A model generated the notes under the pieces. That model ran no database searches, was not told where the DNA came from, and worked only from the letters and a program-made list of their open reading frames with translations. DNA of 63,594 nt, filler included, from Octopus bimaculoides (taxonomy: Eukaryota): the NCBI RefSeq assembly GCF_001194135.2. It is 6 parts of 5 records of this genome, joined end to end, with 100 filler letters (N's around TTAATTAATTAA, not from the genome) between each part and the next. Parts side by side here need not be neighbours in the genome. Positions count along the whole stretch, not along the records: positions 28,330 to 53,847 come from NC_068988.1; positions 53,948 to 58,160 come from NC_068982.1; positions 58,261 to 62,271 come from NC_068988.1; positions 62,372 to 63,594 come from NC_069001.1; 2 more parts are not named here. One strand, 5' to 3'. The translations under genes and the position numbers were made by a program. This document shows, in pieces, positions 53,173-63,594 of this stretch (the first letter of the stretch is position 1; every line of letters begins with the position of its first letter).

Positions 53173-53949
53173 AGTCTGGTTAGACGGCGCTGCAAGTTGA
53201 CAGGTGTATACAAGCCATTTGTCAATAAACAGGTTATATTTTCCATGACAAAACGTTGTGAGTAACTTGTTCCCCAGTTCGAACGTGCATATTCGGTCTA
53301 ATAATAACATTGCAATCTCACATATCATTACTGAAAGCTTCCCCTCTGTAAAATACTCTATAATGAAATCCGTCGGAAGGATAATTCCGAGGACAAAGAA
53401 ATAAGAACCCACAGTATGGTAGAAGCCATAGCCACTCATAATAAAAGGGAGTACTAGTGGAATGTCCCAGTGAAAACCTCAATAAAATGTAAGCACAACA
53501 GACCTGATATAAGGATTTGGGATAGAGAAGAGAAATTGTGTGCAGTTGTGGAAATTAGCTGCCCAATGGATGTTAACATAAAACTGAAGATCAGTGAAAA
53601 AGAGAACACCTATGCTGAACTATAGAGAAATCTGCAGTTACTCTATCCACATTACAATTCGGGTTTATACATGTAATTATTGGGACCTTGGGATATGTAG
53701 CACACTACCTAAATACCAATTTTGAGAAGTATAGGCTTCTCAAAACTAGAAAGAAGAAAGTTGATTCGAAGACTACAGATCCAATCAATCACTGGAACTG
53801 TAAAAATCTGTAGAACTTTCCAGAAGTTTATCATTTACGTGTATATANNNNNNNNNNNNNNNNNNNNNNNNNNNNNNNNNNNNNNNNNNNNTTAATTAAT
53901 TAANNNNNNNNNNNNNNNNNNNNNNNNNNNNNNNNNNNNNNNNNNNNTT

Positions 53950-54238
53950 TTCTGATAGTAGCCCTCCAGTGAAATCCGGCTTTATGCAGCTCTCGGCGAA
54001 TAGTTTTTGTGGAAACTGGGTTCTCGAGGTGGTCATTAAGCTCTGCAGTAATTATGGGAGCTGTACTTTTGTGATCCTTTCTAACAATTGGCGTAAGAGT
54101 CCGAGGGTCCCTATTTGAAAGTTTTGGTTTTCTTCCGGAGTTTTGTTTCGACGAGGAGGTTTTTTTTTCTCTTTCTCAAAGGCTGTCATTACTTTTGAGA
54201 CAGTATTTCTTGATACACCAAGCAGTAATATGCAATAA
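53950..54238 (-). mobile_element. Tc1-like transposase N-terminal fragment
   Basis: ORF 54052-54255 contains LLGVSRNTVSKVMTAFEKE, a Tc1 HTH, and is frameshifted downstream. Confidence 0.6.
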
Positions 54239-54239
54239 T

Positions 54240-54690
54240 TGGCTATAGAAGACACTTGCCCAAGATGCCACGCAGTGGGACTGAAACTAAATCTATTTGG
54301 CTGGGAAGCAAGCTACTTACCACGTAGACATGCCTTCGCCTATTCTTTTACTTGTTTCAGTCATTTGACTGTGGCCATGCTGGAGTACCGCCTTAAAGGG
54401 TTTTTAATCGAAGAAATAGACCCCCAGGACTTATGCTTTGTAAACCTAATACCTAATATATCTGTCTCTTTTGCCGAACTGCTAGGTTAGAGGGACGTAA
54501 ACACACTAGCATCAGTTGTCAAGCGATGGTGGTGTTCAAATAAATACACATGCATTTAGGACGGGCTTCTTTCAGTTTCCGTCTACCAAATCCATTCACA
54601 AAGCATTGGTCGGCCTCAGGCTATAGTAAAATACACTTGCTCAAGTGGGACTGAACCCGGAGCCATGTGGCTGAGAAACAAACTTTTTAC
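54240..54690 (-). mobile_element. Two adjacent SINE family C pieces (54240-54340 head; 54345-54690 near full length)
   Basis: Reverse-complement matches to family C. Confidence 0.8.
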
Positions 54691-55226
54691 TACATAACAA
54701 CCCTTTAAATTTGTAACATCCGCAGAATATTGTGCAACGAAAATAATAATGCCTCTGCTATCAAAATACGAAGCAGAATTTAGTTACATGCCTGTGTCTT
54801 GAGTTCAAACCTGATCACATGTGGTTTTGAACTTACTCTTCCTGGCCAAGGGAAATAAAATATACGCAAATTATTGAGGGTCATAAAGTCGACTACATTT
54901 AATGGACTCACTACTGTGACTAACATATCAATTAATATATACCGTTGCAGTTACTATTTTTGAAATGAATGCCACTCAATGTAAAATAAATTTAGTGAAG
55001 AAAACAGATATTAATTGACAATACGGCCAGAGTAAAGTTATTTTCAGCAAATATTCATTCTATCTAATTAACAAAATCTTCGGTGACTCTCTTTCATTCG
55101 TTCACTTTCTTCTCTCACCTCATCTCAAGCGTGTTATCTAATGAATTATCCCGGCCACTCTACTCCTCATGATATAATCTTCGTAGCTAGAGAATAATCA
55201 GAAATTTTGAAAGAGACTGGCAAATA

Positions 55227-55297
55227 TGTGTCCATTCTTCTTCTTCTTCTTCTTCTTCTTCTTCTTCTTCTTCTTCTTCTTCTTCTTCTTCTTTTTC

Positions 55298-55377
<80 letters not shown>

Positions 55378-55378
55378 T
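55227..55378. repeat. (CTT)n(ATT)n compound microsatellite
   Basis: Directly visible. Confidence 0.95.
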
Positions 55379-57875
55379 ACACTTCAATGCCAGACTTGTT
55401 TGCGGGCCTCTTGGCGAACGTCTACTGCAGCTAGCAACAAAACGGGCGAATTCTTGCATTTGTTAGTCGAGGAGTGGTGGCATTGCTAAGAAAGGATCCC
55501 CAAACAAGGGGGACGTGACAGGGAACTTTAGCCCCATCACTCTGCTCAATGCAGTGTTGAAGATTTTGGCCAAGGTGCTAGCCAAGAGGTTGGCGCTTGT
55601 CGTGGGCAAGCTGATTGGCAAGGCGCAGACATACGTCACACCGACAGGTCTATACACGATAACCTCCATCTCATGCGCTACATCATAGAGAGGGTGGGCA
55701 ACGAAGCTGGCGCGGGTGGGGCTTTTATAAATTTAGATCAGTCTAAAGCCTTCGATAGGGTCGACCATCGATACCTGGCAGCAGCTCAAGGCCGCCGGTT
55801 TCGGTCCGGTCTTCCGCTTTATATAGTGGTATGTGCTCGGTCATACGGGTGAACAGTCACCTTTCGGAGTCGTTGAACATCTTGCGTTCGGTCCGCCAAG
55901 GATACCCTCTCTTCCCTCCTCTACGTTTCGATTCTCGAGCTATTACTGCGGAAGTTGGAGACTTTGAGGGGTGTCTCGTGTCATCTGGGATGTGGAAAGA
56001 GCGTGTCTGCCTATGCCGACGACCTCACCGTGATGGTATCGAACCACTGGCACATCGACCTGATTGGCGAGACGCTAAACGAGTACGAAGCGGTGACAGG
56101 TGCGAAAATTAACGCGGAAAAGTCGGTGAGCTTGCAACTGGGCACCTGGAGGGGCAAGTCCATGCTGTCCAGCAGCGTCGTAGGGCGCTGGACAGACAAT
56201 GCCGTTAAACTGCTCGGGGTCTGGTTCGGTTCGGACCTCCAGGTGGAGAAAAACTGGGACGAAGTGACGAGCAGGGTAGCCAATCTCACCAAGAAATGGA
56301 CCGAGAGAAAGATGTCCCTGAAAGGTCGAGCGGGGGTAGCGAATGCGTACATCGCTTCCGTCATCTATTACCGATTGACTGTCGTTCCTTGTCCCGACCG
56401 CTGGTTGGCCAAGCTGTTGCGCTTACTCTTCGACTTTCTGTGGAAGGGTCAGGTACCACTGGTCAGGCGCTCCATCTGCTGTCAACAGCCGCTGAAAGGA
56501 GGCCTAGGCATGCGTTCAGGCTACGGCATCTCAAACGTTTCCTAGATGGTGAACAGGTGTACATTGAACAGCCGAGGTTTTGCTTCAATAGCAAAACCAA
56601 ACAATGAATTTGTAAATGTTTCTGTAGAATCTAGCAAAGACTACAGAAACATTAAAAATAAAAGCAAGATGTTTTTCGATAAACACACTACCAGAGATTA
56701 TAGATAAAACAAACAAATGTACCANNNNNNNNNNNNNNNNNNNNNNNNNNNNNNNNNNNNNNNNNNNNNNNNNNNNNNNNNNNNNNNNNNNNNNNNNNNN
56801 NNNNNNNNNNNNNNNNNNNNNNNNNNNNNNNNNNNNNNNNNNNNNNNNNNNNNNNNNNNNNNNNNNNNNNNNNNNNNNNNNNNNNNNNNNNNNNNNNNNN
56901 NNNNNNNNNNNNNNNNNNNNNNNNNNNNNNNNNNNNNNNNNNNNNNNNNNNNNNNNNNNNNNNNNNNNNNNNNNNNNNNNNNNNNNNNNNNNNNNNNNNN
57001 NNNNNNNNNNNNNNNNNNNNNNNNNNNNNNNNNNNNNNNNNNNNNNNNNNNNNNNNNNNNNNATCTGGCACCTTGAGTGTCGCCCGGCGCTCACGCTCAT
57101 CAGCCAGTCGACCAATGCGGTTAGTGGAAGTTCTATTATGCCGTTGTATAGAGGGTTTGTGGTGAAAGGAAACGACGTTCTCGGGGGTACTCTAGGCGTT
57201 GATAAATTTCAACTCGCCAGTCTGTTCCGGAGGACATTCGGGTCGGGTCCGTCGGACCTGTCCAAGATGTGCGCAGAGCGACGAAACCGTTCTGCATGCA
57301 CTCGTCCTGTGCCCGAGCATATCTGATATATGGGTTTATGTCGAACACCTGCTGTCACGTATAGCACGTGTCCGCTTGCCGGCTGATTCCATCATGAAGA
57401 TTGCCCCGCCGTCTTCTTTTGGCCGGTGAGGGGAAGCAATTTTTATTTGTCTCTTGGCTGTAGAGAAAGAGGTTGTGTAGTGGACTACACCAAAACGGCT
57501 GAAGACAAATACTTTTCTCTTTGACCTACTCCTCATCAACTTTTTCAGGTAACATTTGAAAAGGAAAGTGAGGATTGAGAGAGAAGTGTTGACTTCCAGC
57601 AAATTTGTTGAAAGATAGGTGAATGTAGCAGGCTGAAAGATGGGGAGAGGGCTCTTGCACTAGTGATCGGGGCGCTTGTTCATTTTTCGTGGGATCTCTA
57701 TGAGTAGTCCTGAGTTGCCTGCCTCTTTTAGACACTTCCTTGTTATATTTTTCATTGCTATCGATTTTTACACACTTTATGCAACCCCACTTTGTCCTTC
57801 ATGTTTTGTAATGTCCAATCTTATTTTTGCCGGCCCTTGTAGCTACTAAAGAAAGGATTATTATTATTATTATGT
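55377..57875 (+). mobile_element. 5'-truncated L1/Tx1-clade LINE (RT plus C-terminal zinc finger), multiply frameshifted, with internal gap
   Basis: PITLLNAVLKILAKVLAKRL, LDQSKAFDRVDHRYL, SVRQG, YADD, VKLLGVWF and CPRCAQSDETVLHALVLCP motifs. Ends in (TTA)n at ~57858-57873. Confidence 0.9.
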
Positions 57876-58092
57876 TGTTGTTTCTTTTCTTCTTTCTTCA
57901 AATTTTCTTCCATTTCTCGCCGAGTGTTTTCCGTAGACCCTAGGGCAGAGAAACTCATTGTATGCATTCCCATTTTACATACGCAAATTCATAGGTAAAA
58001 TATGTATTTAAAAAAAAAAAAAATTCATGAATGGATGTTGTTTTCACAGCGATAATGCTCCTCTCAGTACATGAGTCGTTCCAGTTAACACG

Positions 58093-58160
<68 letters not shown>

Positions 58161-58260
58161 NNNNNNNNNNNNNNNNNNNNNNNNNNNNNNNNNNNNNNNN
58201 NNNNTTAATTAATTAANNNNNNNNNNNNNNNNNNNNNNNNNNNNNNNNNNNNNNNNNNNN

Positions 58261-58333
<73 letters not shown>

Positions 58334-59004
58334 TACACACACGTATCTATAGATATGTATATTTAATATATACACGTTCATTATATATATATAAGATACA
58401 TTTTCCATAAACATTAGTGATAAACTGGAAGAATGAATTCTCAACACTGCTTAGATAAATGATTTCTTTAAATAGAATTTAGTTGTCTGATACCACAGGT
58501 TTTATGGCTAAATAAACAGGGAAAGTGATGGGTTATAAAGTCCCTCTGCTCTTGTCTCACTAGATGTAATGTAAACCTCGGGCTTTTCTTACTGTTAAGT
58601 TCCTTTAAATTGTCTCTTCCCATGTATTTTAAATGGTTTGGCACACATTTTTTGGTCATACTCTCAATGAAGACAAATAAAATTACTGTAGGGGGAATTT
58701 TGCAGAGCCTTCTTCAGTGCTAGTCCTGAGAATGAGTTCAGTTTATGTCTGCCACTAAACCTTATATTTAAGGTTTTCTGTGCACTACGTTTTGGAAATA
58801 CCAGTACATTCAGTGAACACAGATTACAGTACCTGTGACTTGTTATTGGGAAGAGTGCCAAGAATGCAACAACGAATTGTTTTGAATGTTTTGGTTGTGA
58901 GCCATATGTTTACTGTCTGCCAATGTCTCGACTCTGACATGGCCACGACATCGTCAATGTTCATTACTTTATTTTCTGATATTTACTGTACCATTTTATT
59001 CTTT

Positions 59005-59360
59005 TATTTGTTTCAGTCGTTTGACTTCAGCCATGCTGGAACACCACCTTTAGTCGAACAAATTGACCCCAGGACTTATTTTTTGTAAGCCTAGTACTTA
59101 TTCTATTGGTTTTCTTTTGCTGAACCACTAAGTTACAGGGACGTAAACACACCAACATCGGTTGTCAAGCGATGGTGAGCACACACACACACACACACAG
59201 ACACACACACATACACATGCATATATATGTATATATATACATGACTGGTTTCTTTCAGTTTTGGTCTACCAAATCAATTCACAAGGCTTTGGTTGGCCAG
59301 AGGCTATAGTAGAAGACACTTGCCCAAGGTGCCACGCAGTGGGACTGAACCCGGAACCAT
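59005..59360 (-). mobile_element. SINE family C
   Basis: Reverse complement of the family C body. Confidence 0.85.
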
Positions 59361-59746
59361 GTATGACCATAGCCTAATCTACACAGTTGTTTTTTTGTTT
59401 TTTTTTTTGCACTGGTGTTTATTGAGCATCTTTTATCAGTGTTTGTTATATTTTTATTATTTTATATTAACATCCTTTACTATTGCCACTTTATTTGTAA
59501 AAAGCAAACCTATCAAAACCTGCCAGTACATAACCAAAATATTAAGATACCATGACCTCATTAGTAACTTTTAACCCGATAATCTTTAAAAACTGTATTC
59601 ACTTTGAAATCCTAAAAAGTCATGATTGCAGTTTTTTACCGCAAGTTCCTGGAATTCATCAGCTTCTTCCCATTGCTCGGGGTCATTGTTGTTTTCAGAA
59701 TCAGATGTGTCGCTATCATTATGTAAAAAATCACCTAGGGTGTTAA

Positions 59747-59967
59747 CCCTTTCATTACCGTATTTATGTTGAGATGCTCTGTGTTTCTTTTAATTATTTT
59801 AAATATAACAAAGAGTTTAGTAAAATAATTTAGTTATCATTCAGCTAGTGTTAGGAACATAAGTTGTGACTAAAGTTTGGTGGAAGATTTTAATTCAAAA
59901 CTTATGGAAACAAGACATTTGTACTACAGAGCCAGAGCCGGTTTCAGCCGGGTTGGTAACGAAAGGG
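59747..59967 (+). mobile_element. piggyBac-type MITE, copy 1
   Basis: TTAA|CCCTTTCATTAC...GTAACGAAAGGG|TTAA, 221 bp. Confidence 0.85.
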
Positions 59968-60508
59968 TTAATGATACCACATTTTTTGAAACCTGATATT
60001 GTTTTAGTTTTTACTGCTTCCCACGAATTTTTCACCCAATGAACTCCCTGGGAAAATGTAGGCTTGTTGGTGTCAGTTCATGTTCATTTCACTGAATGAT
60101 AATATTTGCCCCGTTATATGTTACTGATATTTACTGTAATTCTGATTGAACAGATAGGGAATAGCAAAGTGCCACTGCGACGAGGTCCATGTTCAAGCTG
60201 GTGATGTCGTTGGTTTTGGCTGGCTGCCCACTGCAACTGTGCATATGCTTTGTGGGTGTCAGACTAGGTTGGTACTACCAAAACAAAATAAAGAATGTCC
60301 GCGAGATGGTTATAACGGAGAATCAATTGTTTCGTTCTTTGTTTAAGTGTTAGATAGAATTGAAGTATTTTGTGCTTCATTGAAGATTTGTTTTATTTAT
60401 ACGATATTGTTACTTGTTGATACAGGAAATATAACAATGGTTACTGGTTGGAAATCTATAAACACCAATGATAATACGTTGTTTGCCTCACCACAGCCAG
60501 TAGTTTAA

Positions 60509-60730
60509 CCCTTTCGTTACCAACCCGGCTGAAACCGGTTCTGGCTCTGAGTACAAATGTCTTGTTTCCATAAGTTTTGAATTAAAATCTTCCACCAATC
60601 CTTAGTCACAATTCATGTTCCTAACACTAGCTTAATGATAACTAAGTTATTTTTACTAAATTCTTTGTTATATTTAAAGTAATTGAAAGAAACACAGATC
60701 ATCTCAAAATAAATTACAGTAACGAAAGGG
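60509..60730 (-). mobile_element. piggyBac-type MITE, copy 2 (inverted relative to copy 1)
   Basis: TTAA|CCCTTTCGTTACCAACCCGGCTG...GTAACGAAAGGG|TTAA; close reverse complement of 59747-59967. Confidence 0.85.
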
Positions 60731-60929
60731 TTAATGAATTATCACAGTCACTTATGGAACATTCCATGTTTAACTTATTATGGCATTCTAGTAGTTTCAA
60801 AAATTATCATATGGAAAAATGTCTGGTCTCCAGTACAGTCTTGAGCAACTGGATGCGAATTCAAAATCCACGCCAATGGTGCATGTTAGTTTCCAAGCAG
60901 CTCAAGTGTATAAACAAGCAGGTGTATAA

Positions 60930-61644
60930 AGACAGGTGTATAAACAAGCAGATGTATTAGTTTGATACTCGGGAAGGTGAGAAAGTCTTTTACGTTTCGA
61001 GCCTATGCTCTTCAACAGAAAGGAACATGAGGAAATAAACAGAGAGAGAATAAAGACAAAACTTGTGGATTTAGCGGTCAATCATGGTGACTGGTTGGGA
61101 AAAGGTAGTTGGACAGGAGAGCTAGGAAGAAGGGGAGATAATAAAGTACTAGTGATCCCAAAACGAAGGTATACATGCGTGTGTGTATTTGAGAGTGTGT
61201 GCGTGTGGATAGAGGCTAGTGACTTTGACATGTGGATGTGTGCTTCTGTAATGTGTGGGTGTGCGAATGATGGTGTGTAGGTGCTGGGAAGTGGTCAGTG
61301 CTAGTGTGTGTGGAGTGGTGTGATGTGGTGTGCTGTGGGATGTGAGGGTGATGTGTGGGTTTAGGGTGTGGATGTGGAGTGGGGTATGTGGTAGTGGGAT
61401 GAGTGAGGGTGGGGGTGTGGATGGAGGGGTATCAATGAAGAGAGAAGGTGGGTAGGAGTAAAGACAGGAAGTAGATGTCAGGTGAAGAGAGGAGAGGTGG
61501 AGAGTTGAGCCCATGTGATGCAAAGTAGCGAAGAGAGAAGATTAATTCCTGTTCACAGTGAAGGCAGGAGTCCAGATGGCCCATATGCAATGACAATCTG
61601 AACACAGACAGGTGTTGTAATGAATGACTGGCAGAGCGGAAATG
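60930..61644 (-). mobile_element. Penelope-like element 3' remnant (GIY-YIG C-terminus, UTR, hammerhead-like motif)
   Basis: Minus strand 61644-61501 translates HFRSASHSLQHLSVFRLSLHMGHLDSCLHCEQELIFSLRYFASHGLNS, the HF...HS...EQ.LIF.L....GLN end typical of PLEs. This frame is not in the ORF track. Confidence 0.75.
60987..61022 (-). ncRNA. Minimal type I hammerhead-like motif with variant core
   Basis: CTTT-CTGTTGA-A-GAGC(ATAG)GCTC-GAAACGT-A-AAAG: 4-bp stem I, 4-bp stem II, palindromic ACGT stem III, GUA site. The core is CUGUUGA rather than CUGANGA. Confidence 0.55.
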
Positions 61645-61645
61645 G

Positions 61646-61870
61646 CCATCATTTAACGTCCATTTTCCATGCTAGCATGGGTTGGACGATTTGACTGAGG
61701 ACTGGTGAACCACGTTGCTACACCAGGCTCCAATCTGATTTGGCAGAGTTTCTACAACTGGATGCCTTTCCTAACGACAACCACTCCAAGAGTGTAGTGG
61801 CTGTTTTTCGTGCCACTGGCATGAACCCCAGTCAGGCGGTACTGGCAATGGCCATGCTCGAAATGGTGAA
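61646..61870 (-). mobile_element. RTE-tail-like retroposon (family D)
   Basis: Reverse complement of 62372-62543 (GGAAGGGCATCCAGCTGTAGAAACTCTGCC...CCCATGCTAGCATGGAAA..GGACGTTAAA.GATG). Confidence 0.7.
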
Positions 61871-62371
61871 ATATATTAATAATAATATAATGTTTTTTTG
61901 GACGAATTTCTGGAAGAAAAAAGCGCATTGTTTGTATTTGCTGCCGATAAGAAAAACTGCACATGCGCGGTAAATATGAAAATTTATAACACATAAGCGT
62001 GTGGCATGTTTCCATGTAGTGCCTCATATTTATGTGTTAATCTTGGCTTTCCTGCTGATGATAGCTGGCCTTGCAAATTATTTTATTTTGCTAAAAATAG
62101 CTTGAAACCTTGGTTCAGGAAATAGATGGTAAATGTTTTTATTTTTCATTTCATTTCGAAATTATCCCTAATTGTGGTTTGAAGTTTGATTGCTCCTTCT
62201 AGCAGATTAGATCTCCTATTATGGACATCTCTCTTATGTGTTTAAATGTACACTGTATGTACTTATATTTANNNNNNNNNNNNNNNNNNNNNNNNNNNNN
62301 NNNNNNNNNNNNNNNTTAATTAATTAANNNNNNNNNNNNNNNNNNNNNNNNNNNNNNNNNNNNNNNNNNNN

Positions 62372-62543
62372 CCTACTACACTCTCTGAGTGGTTGGCATT
62401 AGGAAGGGCATCCAGCTGTAGAAACTCTGCCAAATTAGACTGGAGCCTGGTGTTGCCATCCGGTTTCACCAGTCCTCAGTCAAATCGTCCAACCCATGCT
62501 AGCATGGAAAGCGGACGTTAAACGATGATGATGATGATGATGA
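62372..62543 (+). mobile_element. RTE-tail-like retroposon (family D) with (GAT)n tail
   Basis: Homologous to 61646-61800. The 5' end is lost in a gap. Confidence 0.7.
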
Positions 62544-62553
62544 TATATATATA

Positions 62554-62940
62554 GGCACAGGAGTGGCTGTGTGGTAAGAAGCTTACTTCCCAACCACATG
62601 CTTCCAGGTTCAGTCCCACTGCGTGATACCTTGGGCATGTCTTCTACTATAGCCTCAAACTGACCAAAGCCTGTGAGGAGATTTGGTAGATGGAAACTGA
62701 AAGAAGCCTGTTGTACATATATATATGTGTGTATATGTCTTTTTGTTTGTGTTTGTGTGTGTGTGTCCCCCACCACCACCACCACCACTTAACAGCCATA
62801 ACTTAGTGGTCCAACTAAAGACATCTATAGAAAAAGTCTCAAGATTTAAAAAATCAAGTTCTGGGGTTGATACATTCAATTAAAAATTCTTCAAGGCAGT
62901 GCCCCAGCATGGCCACAGTCTAATGACTGAAACATGTAAT
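62554..62940 (+). mobile_element. SINE family C
   Basis: Head AGGAGTGGCTGTGTGGTAAG through CAGCATGGCCACAGTCTAATGACTGAAACA. Confidence 0.85.
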
Positions 62941-63552
62941 ATAGATATGAAGTTATTCATCTTATTTTCCTTAATTACTCTTTGTCTGTATCTATAAATT
63001 TGCAATGCAGTCTGTCGCTTGCTATTCCTGTCAAATGGCTTAAACTGACAGTCTCTAACAACATGCTGTATTAAATCTGAGCGAAACCTCTTATTACATC
63101 ACCTGATGAGATGCTTCAGCATCAAGGGATGCATCACAACTAGATTATAGTTTCCCACTCATGAGGGACCGATGTAGGTTGGGTCAAAATGATCCTTGAG
63201 AGCAAAGATGTTTTCTATGTATTTTATTTTCCATCTCTCTACACATAAACATTTGTAGCCAAGATTAAAATCATACGTTTAGCCACATTCTAAGTATTCA
63301 TTTAATAAATGTATAAATGTGGTCGCGGTTACGATTTCAATCACTCAAAAACAGAAAAACATGTCTATGCTCTTTGTGTGTATGTATGCATGCACGTGCT
63401 TCAGTGCAGGTCAATGTAATTACAGATGTGATAATGAAGACGTAATTTTGTTTAAACAGAGTAATTGGACTTGATAGAATTAATTGGAGAAAACAAATGG
63501 AAAAAACCAACATTGAAAGTGCTACCCTATCATGACCAGAATAATTGAAACC

Positions 63553-63594
<42 letters not shown>

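Larger units (their letters stand above)
52770..53355. mobile_element. Non-coding palindromic insertion carrying two hammerhead motifs, flanked by a 14-bp TSD
   Basis: CTCTATAATGAAAT at 52756-52769 and 53356-53369. Inverted arms ~52770-53034 and 53059-~53320, roughly 85-90% identical by eye, around a 24-nt spacer. Confidence 0.85.
52729..53835 (+). mobile_element. R4/Dong-like RLE non-LTR retrotransposon 3' fragment, interrupted by the 52770-53355 insertion
   Basis: Joining 52729-52769 to 53370 onward gives one frame: QRHDVVFRTLYNEIRRKD...REY*WNVPVKTSIKCKHNRPDIRIWDREEKLCAVVEISCPMDVNIKLKISEKENTYAEL*RNL. This has the RHD, PD and E/D-x-CP motifs of the restriction-like endonuclease. Confidence 0.85.

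Noticed and set aside
53095-53439. 114-aa minus-strand ORF over the palindrome arm
   Set aside because: It crosses the insertion boundary into antisense LINE sequence and has no recognisable domain.

Overview
Gene-poor, repeat-saturated animal genomic DNA from a gapped draft scaffold. It is most likely an octopus/coleoid cephalopod, an inference from the SINE families and the extreme microsatellite load. No intact host gene can be supported, and nearly all listed ORFs are microsatellite or N-gap artefacts. The window holds three tRNA-derived SINE families, an RTE-tail-like repeat, decayed Tx1/L1 and R4/Dong-like LINEs, two Penelope-like (PLE) GIY-YIG remnants, hAT, mariner and Tc1 fragments, and several MITEs. 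The standout is a 586-bp non-coding insertion (52770-53355), flanked by a perfect 14-bp target-site duplication, that splits an R4-like ORF. It is one long inverted repeat with a type I hammerhead ribozyme motif in each arm, so either strand would carry a hammerhead. Further divergent hammerhead-like motifs occur at 9963, 60987 and, weakly, 19326.
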